From: Guillardia theta CCMP2712 | Taxonomy: Eukaryota > Protista > Cryptophyta | NCBI RefSeq assembly: GCF_000315625.1 | Contig: NW_005434618.1 | Coordinates: forward strand, 316,429-380,428 | Reading direction: 5' to 3' | Length of the DNA stretch: 64,000 nt | Shown here: positions 38,321 to 53,267 of the stretch, piece by piece | Numbering within the stretch: the stretch's first letter is position 1 | Layout of the letters: every line of letters begins with the position of its first letter | The notes under the pieces: model-generated | Told to the model about the DNA's origin: nothing | Seen by the model: only the letters and a program-made list of their open reading frames with translations | Databases searched by the model: none | Translations under genes and position numbers: made by a program

Positions 38321-40450
38321 GATTGCCTCCCTTCAGGTATTCTATCAGCAATGAACTGAATTCCCCTGACTGCCTTACAGTTGGCTTGAGCGTCAGGGTC
38401 AGAGCAAGTCACAGCAAGCATCATATCCAGGAGACCGGCAATGGCATCGGAACCATCACGGAAGTTCTTGATGAGGGGAAGTCCTGCAAGGTGCGATGGG
38501 AGTACACGAAGAAGGAGGCAACGTACTGCACTGAGGCCAGCAACTCCCTCCTAGTGCGCGAGCGACCAACCGATCCTAACCATGGGCTGGGAGACGCCAC
38601 CATTGCAACTCCCTTCCTCACTCTCCATCAGCCCAGAGTCAGCGAGGAGGGAGCTGTCTGCATCAGCTCCGCTCCCACGCCCTGCGTCATCACAACGAAC
38701 CACATCACCAGCAGCAACCCGCCTGACAACGGGATCTCTCAGTTCAAGCTAGGCATGAACTACCTGCAAGGTAAGGGAGTGGAGATGGATGCGGCAAAGG
38801 CGGTGGCCTGCTTCTTCAAGGCTGGGGAGCTGGGAGAGAAGAACGCGTTGTTCAACCTCGGGGTCTGCTACAGTCAAGGCATCGGGGTCGAAGAAGACCT
38901 AGTGAAAGCCTTTGAAAACTTCAAGAAGTCTGCAGACCTCAAAGACATGAAGGCTGAGCTTCAAGTAGGTATCTGCTACATGGTGGGCAAGGGAACGGAG
39001 GTGGACGAGGAGCAGGCCGTGGCCTACTTCAGAAGAGCCGCTGAGCAGGGGGATGCCACCGCTCAGTACAACATGGGAGTGTGCAACGGGAAGGGACGAG
39101 GCGTGAAGAAGAGCCTGGAGGAGGCAGCTCGCTGGTACAGGAAGGCAGCGGAGCAAGGAGACAGCATGGCTCAGTTCAGGCTCGCTCTATGCCTGGCAAC
39201 GGGCAAGGGAGTGGCCAAGGACTTCCCAGAGGCCATCAGGTGGTACGAGAAGGCGGCGGAGCAGGAGCATGGGGGAGCTCTCTTCAACCTCGGGGTCTGC
39301 TATGCACAAGGGGATGGGGTTGAGCAGGACCACACCAAGGCCGTCTCCTACTACAGGAAGGCCGCTGACCTCGGGGTTGTGCATGCTCAGCACAACCTGG
39401 GGCTCTGCCTCCTCACTGGGCAGGGCGCGGAGCCGAGCCCCGAGGAGGCGCTACTTTGGTACCTGAAGGCTGCGAAGCAGGGAGACGCTAAGGCTCAGTT
39501 TGCCGCTGGCGTCTGCTATGAGAGCGGGCAGGGAGTGGACAAGGACGTTGACATGGCGATGTCGCTGTACGAGCAGGCGGTCAAGGCCGGGAACGCCAAG
39601 GCCATGGTGGCCCTGGGGCTCTGCTACAAGAACGGAGTCTGCGGGAAGCCGGAGAGAAGCAGGGCGACCTTGCTGTTCCAGCAGGCTGCGAAGTTGGGGA
39701 ACCACCGGGGGATGTTCCACCTGGGGATGAGCTACCTGAACGCGGAGGCGGCACCTGAAGGGAAAGAGGACGAGGGGAAGGCGATGGAGTGGCTGAGAGC
39801 AGCGGAGAAGAAGGTTGAGGACCCGGTCGCTTCCGCTGCTGCTGACGCATCAGCAGGGGAGCAAGGAGGCGACGAAGCAGCTCGAGGCGATGAAGCGCAG
39901 GGAGGAGGAGAAGCGTAGGAAGCGCCCGCGATCTCCCGAGATGTGCTGGAGGAGGGGAGGCGGTTCCGACCCGCTGACTTGCCTGCAGAGAGAGCAAGGA
40001 GGAGGTGCCAGCGGTTGGCCCGGCCTTCGTCGAGAGCTCACAGCTCTTCGAGGTTCTGCTCTACCTCTCCTCCTCCCATCCTCGGCCTGCTCTCCCTTCC
40101 TCCTGGCGCCAACCTGCTCTCCTCTCCTCTCCTCTCCTCTCCTCTCCTCTCCTCTCCTCTCCTCTCCTCTCCTCTCCTCTTCTCCTCCCACTTTCCATGG
40201 CTGAGTTGGTCGTAGCCGGCCCCAGACAAATGCTTCTCTCCTCCTCCAGTCGACAAGGGCGACTTTTCCTTCGCCTCTAGGATGAGCACAGCTCCTTGCG
40301 CTGGACCTCCGCCGCGGGTATGAGGAGAGAGGAGCGAGGAGGCGGAAGTCGAGCTGACGTGGGGGTGTAGGAGAGGAAAGGAGACACTCGCTCCTCTAAG
40401 AAGGCGAAACGCAAGCAGCCAGAGACTGAGGATCCAGAAACGTGAGTGAA
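38321..40450 (+). CDS. Sel1-like repeat (SLR) protein with N-terminal MIB/HERC2-like SH3-fold domain
   Basis: About 10 repeats of AQ(F/Y)NLGxCYxxGxGVxxDxxxAxxWYxKAAEQG in ORF 38323-39918. N-terminal VGLSVRV..GIGTITEV..CKVRWE..ATYC. Both ends approximate. Confidence 0.9.
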
Positions 40451-40499
40451 CTGCTGCTGCTGCTGCTGTTCCCCTCTCCCCATATCTTCATCCTTCGTC

Positions 40500-44500
<4,001 letters not shown>

Positions 44501-44983
44501 TCCTCAGGTTGACTAGCAGAAAAAAAACTCTTCTTTTACATTTTTTTTTGTTCTCCTCCTTTTACAGTTGTTTTGTTTCCCCACATTTGTTTTTACATTC
44601 GAGAAGCATTCCCTGCGAAATGAAGAACGAGGAGGAAACGAGCGGGAATGGGAGGAGAAGAACCAGGAGAAAGATCAAAGCAGGAGGATTATGAGAGTGA
44701 AGTGCTGATTCATGGACGCAAAATGATAGCCCGGTTGATAGAAGGGAGGAGTGGGAGACAGAGTGCCATGTAGTTCTCAAGACATGATAATCAAGGCTGC
44801 ACAGAGTATTGATAAGGATAGGAGCCAGTGTGTATGAAAGATAAATACCTACAGCGTCAAATAGCACGAGGTCTTTTGATAGTCACCCGGGATGGGCGAG
44901 AGTTGTGAAATTCTTCCGTCTGCTTCCAATAATGCTTCCTCAGGGGCTGCTGACGGCTCGCGGACCAGGGGGGCAGCGAATGT

Positions 44984-46010
44984 ATGAATCCTTCCTTCTT
45001 CAACCGGAGAAAGAGAGACGCAGAGCAAGAGAAGCTCAAGAAGAAATGGCAGATCGATGAGGACAGCGATGAGGAAGACTCCCTGGACCCGTCGGAAACC
45101 CTCACGTGCTGTACCTGCCGAGGAGAACCTGACCTGCGGTGCAACGACTGTTGCTCCTACTTCTGTTCGCAGCACTTCGTGGAGAGTCACCCGCTGGACG
45201 TGGACGATGGAGGGAGGGAGGTTGAGTCGGTCAAGAGCAAGCACAGGTTCCGTGTCCTCGTGGGAGTGCTCGAGAGCAAGTTCGACGACATGCCTGTTGG
45301 GTGGAGGGTGGATGACGAGCTTTCCCGGTTTGAGCAAGCGAAGCTAAGGGCGGAAAGGAAGAGGAAGCGAGAGGAGGAGGAGGAGGAGGAGGAGAGGAAG
45401 AAAAGGAGGAGGAGGAGGAGGAGAAGAGGAAGGAGGAGGAGGAGGAGGAGAGGCGGAGGCAAGAGGAGGAAGAAAGCAGAAGCAGGCCACCGCGAGCAAT
45501 TCTCAGTCTGAACTCGATCAGCTGGACAGCATGAGGGACCCTGACGATATCTTCAGGGTGGTGATAGTAGCCAACATCTCCTTCGAGGTAGGAGAGGAGG
45601 AGGTTCGAACCTTCCTCGCCAGAGCTGGCAACATCACCGACTTTCAGTTCATCAAGCACGGCGACGCCGCCAAGAAGCCCAACATGCTCCACAACGGCTC
45701 TGCTCGTGTCCAGTTCGAGTCCGTCAAGGGCGCTGCCTGCGCGCTGGGCCTGCACGGGCTTGACTTGCATGGGCGCCCGCTGCGGGTGCTGACCGTCGGG
45801 CAGTCGATGAACGGGGGAGGCGGCTCGTCGTCGCGGTCGGTCCCGTACAAGGTGAAGATGTGCCAGCACTTGCTCAACGGCCAGTGCCGCAAGGGCACGA
45901 GCTGCAGCTTCGCACATCATCCGCAGGAGCTGCCGGGAGGAGGGAAAGTTCATGTGCCTCCGAGCGCGCCGGGACAGAAGCACGGGGTTGACGGAGGCTT
46001 CCGATGGTGA
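44984..46010 (+). CDS. RNA-binding protein: B-box-like Zn finger, acidic coil, RRM, CCCH Zn finger (frame break at ~45390)
   Basis: CCTC..LRCNDCCSYFCSQHFVESH. RRM VVIVANISFEVGEEEVRTFL...GSARVQF...LHGRPLRV. CCCH YKVKMCQHLLNGQCRKGTSCSFAHHPQEL. Confidence 0.85.
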
Positions 46011-46223
46011 GCGAGGGGAGGGAGGAGGGATGGTGAGGTCCAATTAAAAGTCGTGATGTCGTTCTTGCAGGTCGTGAAGGATGCGGGGGGAGGATGAGGA
46101 GGAGGAGGAGGGAGGGGGGCGGGGGGGGGGGAGGAGGTGGGGGCGGGGCTACACTGAAGGAGAGCAGGAGGGGGGGAAGGCAGGTGTGTAAAACCGTATC
46201 TGATTTAATATACAAGTTGGGAG

Positions 46224-49200
46224 TTACAAACGGAAAGTCTCGACGTGGACGCTGAAGCCATTCTCGCTGCAGGAGGAAATAAGAGAGAGGAGGTGCAGGA
46301 GGAAATAAGAGAGAGGAGGTGGCGATGACAGGAGAAGAAAGGAGGAGGAGAGAAAGCAGAGAAGGGCGAGGACGGGGGCGAGGACGGAAGGCAGATATTG
46401 AACAAGGATGGGAAGGAGAGGGAGGGAGAGGAGGGAGGGATAGAAGAGGAGAGGGAGGTGGTCATAAGGCTGGGAGGTTGAGACGACATGCTGACCTTGC
46501 GCGAGCTGAGGCCTCTCGAGTAAGACCAGTGGGCCGCAGAGAAGAGCCTGAGAGACAATGAGCGAGACGAGGAGAGAGGTAGAGAGACGAGGAGAGAGGT
46601 AGAGAGACGAGCAGAGAGGTAGAGAGACGAGGAGAGAGGTAGAGAGACGAGGAGAGAGGTAGAGAGACGAGGAGAGAGGTAGAGAGACGAGGAGAGAGGT
46701 AGAGAGACGAGAAGAGAGGTAGAGAGACGAGAAGAGAGGTAGAGAGACGAGGAGAGAGGTAGAGAGACGAGGAGAGAGGTAGAGAGACGAGGAGAGAGGT
46801 AGAGAGGGATGTTGAGCATAGTTCTTACCGCCTTGTCTCCCATACTTTCCTGAGCAGCGATGCGGATGAGCTCGGAGAGCTGAGGTCTGAGAGATGTCAG
46901 GAGGAGGCGAGGAGAGCGTCGGGTGCGATTGACCTGCCGAGGGTGAAGGGGATCTTGACAAGCTGATAAGAAGCTGCGAGTGAGAGACGATGAACAAGAC
47001 AAGGAGAGACGAGAGACAAGAAGCTGGAGGGAGGGAAGGGGGGAGGGATGGAGGGAGAGAGGGAGGAGAGAAGAGGCGAGAACAGGAAAAGCGAGAGAGA
47101 GGGAGAAGAACTATGGGAAGGAGGGAGACGAGAGGAGGTAGGGAGAGGATGAGCAGGAGCGGAAAAGGGAAGGAAAAGAGGGAGAGTAGGAATGAGAGCA
47201 GTATACCACTTGCGACTTTTGCGTGACATAGAGGTGTAGCTTCAGCTGAAAGTCCGTGCTGATGCGAAAGTTACACAACAAACAGGAGACAGAGGCGGAA
47301 GGAGGAGCTGCAGGAGCAGGAGCAGATGTAGGAGCCGAGGAGGGAGCAGGACCAGCACCAGAGAAGGAGCAGAGGAGGAGGAGAGAGGAGGAGGAGAGAG
47401 GAGAAGTGGGAGCAAGAGAAAGGGTTGACCTCACCTCATCATCTGTGTCTGCATGAACGCATGCTCGAGCAACTCCTGTAGGTTCCCCTCGTCAGCTCCT
47501 CCCACTCCCCGTCAGCTCACCTGAAACCACAGCAGGTGCGCGGAAGATTGAACGATCCAGATCAGACGCAGGGACCTGGGGGAGGAAGGGAGGGAAGGAA
47601 GGAGAGGGAGAGGGAGGGAGGGAGGGAGGGAAGGAGGTGGGGGACGGGGACGGGGACGGGGAGGGAGGGAGGGAGGGAGGGAGGGAGGGAGGGAGTTTGC
47701 ATAGGCAGAGAGGAGGAGGAGAAGAGAGGAGAGGAGAGGTAGAGGCAGAGGAGGAGAGTGAAGGAGCATGTCATGCCAAGAGGATAGGAAGGCAATCTCA
47801 ATCACCTCAATGCTGGCAGCTCAGACTTCCTTCTCTCCGGACTCAACGCCATCTCCTGCAGGCACGTCAGAGGAGAGGAGAGGAGAGGAGAGGAGAGGAG
47901 AGGAGAGGAGAGGAGAGGAGAGGAGAGGAGAGGAGAGGAGAGGATAGCACATAGACAATGACACAACAGGAAGGGCAGGTCGTGTAATCCTCACCAGCAC
48001 GGGCATCATCGGAGTGATTCCAATGCCTCCCGCGATCATCAAGACCTTCAGCACTCTCATGACCTGTCCTCCTATCCTTTCCTTCCCTTCCCTTCCCTCC
48101 CCTTTCCTTCCCTTCCCTCCCCTTCCCTTCCCTTCCCTCGTTTCCCCCCCTCCCTCCCCCTGCCTCTTCTTATTCTCCTCACATGTTGAAACTCCGCAAG
48201 CTTCAAGCTCATGTGACCTGTAGCTTCGTTATCACACGTCTCACTTGTACAGGATGATGGAGATGGCAGTGATGATGATGATGGCGAATGATGGTGATGT
48301 AGCAAGACAATCTGGTTGATCATGACAGCAAGCACTCACCGTACGGTCCCTCCAGTCTCACTCGAATGTCTGAACCCTGACAAACACAAGTCCAATCAGC
48401 ATCCCGTCCTGCCCTCCTCCTCTTCTACTCCCAGCTTCTCCTCCCTCCCCGAGATCGTCTCGTTCACCTTGTTCTTGGCAGCTTCCAGAAGCCTCTGAGT
48501 CCATGTCTTGGGACCCATGCTCTGACAAAGAGTTTCAGGATGCGACGAGGCAGAGCAGCGAGAAGAAAGGAAGGGGAAGTAGGAGCAGAGGAGAGGGAGT
48601 GACAAGACAGAGCGAGAGGCAGCGGAGAGAAGGGAGAGGGGAAGAGAAGAAAGAAGGAGGAGGGCAAGAGAAGTAAGGAAAGGTACGCGGATGAGGGTAG
48701 AGAAGAACAAGGTAGAAGGAGGAAAGGACGAAGGGAGTGAAGTATAGGCAGATCAATCACCTTGATATGCACTTGGATGCCCACAGGCTTAGAACCGAGG
48801 TCCTGAGACAGAGTGAGTGGAGCAGAGAACAAGGCAAGGACAACAGGCGGAGGAGAGGAGAGGAGAGGAGAGGAGAAGAGGGGAGAGGAGAGGGGAGGGG
48901 AGGGGAGGGAAGGCGAGGAGAGGCAGTCTGTGCTCCGTGCTTACCATCCCTTCCAACGTTCCGTCCGCCATCTGAAGAACACAGAAAGACAAGGTTGAGT
49001 AAGATGTAGGGAAGTAGAAGGACAAGGTGAAAAAGGATCAGACGTAGCACAAAGCACAAGGAGAACGCAGTGGTGGTGGTGGTAATGGTGCAGGAGGAGC
49101 AGGAGAGGAGAGCGACAGAGCTCCATGTGGGAAAGAAGGACTTGCCTGCGACATCTCCTGCTCCTTTGATCGCTCGCGCAGGAAGCTAGAGGAACGTGTG

Positions 49201-52200
49201 AGAAACATGCTTGAGGAGGAGCAAGGGAGATACCCCGACACTGAGAAGGGATGGAGTGCAGAAGGGTTGGCTGCAACAAGAAGCAGAGAGCAAGAGGTGA
49301 GTCGAGATGATCTCCTCGACTCTCTGCACCTGAGATGTCCGAGCAGGCGATGCTGACGAACGACCCGATGGCCCGCGCTCCCCTGCACCAAGACATCAAG
49401 AGGAGAGAAGCAGAAGGAGAAGGAGCCGGACGATAAAGGTGACAAGCGCTTGAGCGAAGGAAGAGGACAGGGAGGATGGGAGGCGAGGGGCGGGGAGCAA
49501 GAGGAGGAGGAGGAAGCCGGGGAGTCTGGGAGATAGGCCGAGATATGCATCAAGGCAAGAGAACAAGACAAGAAAGAAAGCAAGGACGATATGCCTTACT
49601 TGTTCCACAGTCTTTCTGCAACGGCGGGACAGACGATTTTGAGATTGACGACGTCTTCGTCGTATACCTAGAGATAAACGATGAGAGGGATGATGAAGAC
49701 ACGGCAGGTGAAGCCAAGAGGAAGCGAGAGAGTGTGACAGGGAGGAAGACGAAGGGAAGGGGGGGTGGAGGGAGGGGCAGAGGAAGAGACAGAGGAGGGA
49801 GAGAAGCGGAGGGAGACGGCAACAGACAAGAGCATGTCAGTTCATCTTCTCCGAGCCCTCACCTTCACTTCCTGCACCTTCACGTTGATCATCCACTGGT
49901 ACATCCTGCTCACGGCAAGTCAGAAGCAGGGAGAGGGACGGGGCGATGATGCCTCAGCAGGAAGTCGAAGACGAACAGAGCCAAAGGAGGGATGAGATGT
50001 ACTACAGTGTCGGTAGCATGCAGCACTGCAAGGACCAGCACCTGCTCCCCCCTTGTCATCTCCTGCTCCTCCTTTCCTCCCCCTCCCCCTGCCCGGCCTC
50101 TTCTGGATTATCTCTATCTCTTCTTCTTTCTTGTCTTCCTCCATTTTCCTCTCGCAACGTCCTCAAGCTGTTGTCCTCCTCCTCCCTCATTCTCTTCCTC
50201 CTGCTCCTGATTCTCACCGGGAAGGCGAGCAAGTGAACGGCCATGAAGAGGTCGTACGCTGACCTCCTGACAGGCTCGAGCGCGAACAGAACAATGAGCA
50301 GCATGCCGATCTGCAAGACGTCAGCTGAGAGTCTACGAGCAGACCAAACCTACCCCAGCAAGCATTCCGAACAAGTTGCCAAAGCCTGCGAAACAATGAG
50401 TAAGAGAATCGTGAGGATATGACTGGGAGAGGCAAGCCGAGAAGAGGAGAGGAGAAGAGAGAAGGTAAGCCGAGAAGAGGAGAGGAGAGGAGAGGAGAGG
50501 CAAGCCGAGAAGAGGAGAGGAGAGGAGAGGAGAGGAGAGGAGAGGAGAGGAGAGGAGAGGAGAGGAGAGGAGAGGAGAGGAGAGGCAAGCCGAGAAGAGG
50601 AGAGGAGAGGAGAGGAGAGGAGAGGAGAGGAGAGGAGAGGAGAGGAGAGGAGAGGAGAGGAGATAACACAAGACAGCAGAAGCTAGAAATAGAAGGAAGC
50701 GCATTACCCCACAACGTGTCTGTGACAGTGAACATCTGCAGGAAGCCGTACTGCTCGACGCGTCAGCTCTCGCTCAAGTCAACAGAATGCCGGGACTCAC
50801 TTGCGCGGACATCAAGATCAGATGGATGATCATCACGACGAACGTCACTCGCGAGACAATACGATGATACTTGATCAGCCGCTCGAAGGAGATTCCTGCA
50901 GTACAGCTCAATATTGCCCCCCTCTACAGTCCCCTCCTCCTCTTCAATCTCCTCGTCTTGCCTCGCTCTCACCGATCAAGGAAGGCCACAGAGAGTGTCG
51001 AGTCGGCAAGAACAAGGTGAGGGCAAGGTTGTACTGCAGCAGGCGACCAAACGCCCTGGCGACCGTCTCAGCGGTCGCACGGGAGAAGAGAGGTGGAGCT
51101 GAGAAAGAAGGAAGAATAGGACGAGGAGGACAGGTGGATGATAGGAGGAGGGGTAGCTGGGGAGGGGGGCGGTATTGAGCTGTACTGCAGGAATCTCCTT
51201 CGAGCGGATGATAGAGTATGATCGTCTGGAGCCGTGCGGGAAGAAGAGAGGAACGACCAGCCACCACGGGCATCGGAGGGATGCACGTGGTCTTNNNNNN
51301 NNNNNNNNNNNNNNNNNNNNNNNNNNNNNNNNNNNNNNNNNNNNNNNNNNNNNNNNNNNNNNNNNNNNNNNNNNNNNNNNNNNNNNNNNNNNNNCAAAGG
51401 AGGCGGAGGCGGAGGAGGAGGAGGCAGAGGCGGAGGCGGAGGAGGAGGAGGAGGAGGCGGAGGCGAAGAACGAGGAGGAGAATCAGGAACGAGGACGAGC
51501 AGGTTACAACAAGCACACCTGAGAGGCCATCAGCAGAAGGTAGGTCAGCATTTCTCCCCATGTCATCTCTGCAGCAGAGTCAGACCCTTCAGTTCCTCAC
51601 AGCAGCAACGAGACCGATGAAGGATTGTGCGACGTCCATGGTAGCCAGCCTGACCCAGAAGCCCGGAGAAGCTGTAAAGCCGCTCAACGACACCAGTGGT
51701 AAGAGTCTCTACACTCACTCAGCGACTCTGAGTGATACCACTCGGGAAGACCCAGCTCCTGCTCCCGTCAAGTCACCATCACGATAGCACCATCGCCACC
51801 GCCACCCGCATCTTCCGCTTCCTCCTCCTCCTCATCATCATTGCATCATCGCCGCCGCCACCACCAACAACATCCTCACCAACCGCGTCATCATCACCAT
51901 CATCCTCACCAACCGCGTCATCATCACCATCATCCTTCTCACCAACACAACCATCACCACCACCATTCCTACCTTGGAGAAGAGCTTTCGATGCATGAAG
52001 CCGCCGAACTTCCCAGGGCCATTGGTAAGATGGGACAGGATCGCTCCGATCACCTACAGCTCATGAGCATCTTCCTTCTCCTCCCAGCAGCATCACGATC
52101 AGCAGGATCGGCCCGTAGAACACCAGCGGGCCGACGACCCACTTGCTCTGATTCAACCTACAACCCCATCAGCTCCATCTAGCCCCAGACAGCAACAGCC

Positions 52201-53267
52201 ATACCGCACGGTGAAAGGTCCTTCTCTCGGGGGCTTGGTGATGTCGTCCGGAAGGTAGTCTCCGTTTGTGCTGGACCTCAGCTCGTACCAGCTGTACAGC
52301 CGTCAGGACTCACAGTCGAGCTTATGGAGGGAAGGGACGCACGTGTTTGTGCTCTCGACGAGAAAGGCTTGGAAGCCCAGCTCCTTGTTGCTGGGCCATT
52401 GAATCGCTGAGGAGGGAGGGGAGAGCGATAGCGAGACAAAGCGAAGAGAGAAGTAGAGGGGAAAAGATACCAGTCAACAAAGTAAAGACGAGACAAGAGG
52501 TGAGAGGAAAGGGAAAGATGTTAGAGAGAGAGAGAAGTGGTGGAGGTGGAGGAGAGAGAGAGAGAGAGAGAGAAAGTAAAAGAGAAGAAAGGTCGAGCAG
52601 GAAACAGAGAGCGTCAGATCGATGCTGCTATTGTTTGAGACTCACTGAATCGCAATGGCTTGTCCTTGTTGAAGTATGCTGATCACCACAAACGATCACC
52701 ACCCTCAGACGACGCCCTTCGTTCCCTCACCTTCTTCTGAGTAATGCGTCACAGCAGCTTTGCCTGGGCAGGAGTCCAAGACAGCCGTGTATGGCTGCAG
52801 CGAGCGACAAGGGACGCGAGCAGCAAAACAAACGAATCAGTACGCCGCTCTCATGGGAGGATCCAGAACTGACAGGTAGCGAGGAGAACTCTCCGAGGCC
52901 TCCACCGTTGAGGAGGTCATACGACTTGAACAAGAACCCCTTGAAGTTCCCATAGCCGGTCGACTGCAGCACCAAACGTAAATTTACGAGCTGACTTGTA
53001 TCGCATGGACTACGTTGATGGATAGCGTTGCAGATTTATAAGTGCCGTTGCTGGTGATAGGAGAGAGGACGATCTGCATGGAACGTTACAAGCAGACCTT
53101 GCTTCGTCCCTAGGGCTCACCTTAAATCCTCCGTCCAGCGTCTTGGCATTGTTCGGGTGATGGCTGTCGGTTATCATGCCGTAGCATGATCCGGAGATTT
53201 CTGGATAGGCAGTGACCACTTCTAAGAGGAGGAGACAAGCACAGAGGCTTGCACAGGATCTCAACAT
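46224..53267 (-). CDS. Ferric reductase (FRE/FRO, NOX superfamily) with signal peptide and N-terminal Reeler domain, spans an N gap
   Basis: Leader MLRSCASLCACLLLLEVVTA|YP. Reeler-like FKGFLFKS and CPGKAAVTHYS. Heme helices ISFERLIKYHR..IIHL and VRRSAYDLFMAVH. Also HPFSV, MGPKTWTQRL, RLEGPYG, MIAGGIGITP, LIWIV, LLCGP and HVETFRL* (stop at 46224). Confidence 0.88.
46561..46808. repeat. 20-bp intronic tandem repeat x~12
   Basis: Unit AGAGAGACGAGGAGAGAGGT. Confidence 0.95.
50861..51225. repeat. Inverted repeat, ~62-bp arms with 35-bp perfect core
   Basis: 50879-50913 CCGCTCGAAGGAGATTCCTGCAGTACAGCTCAATA is the reverse complement of 51173-51207. Confidence 0.93.
51295..51394. other. Assembly gap (100 N)
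   Basis: Run of N. Confidence 1.
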
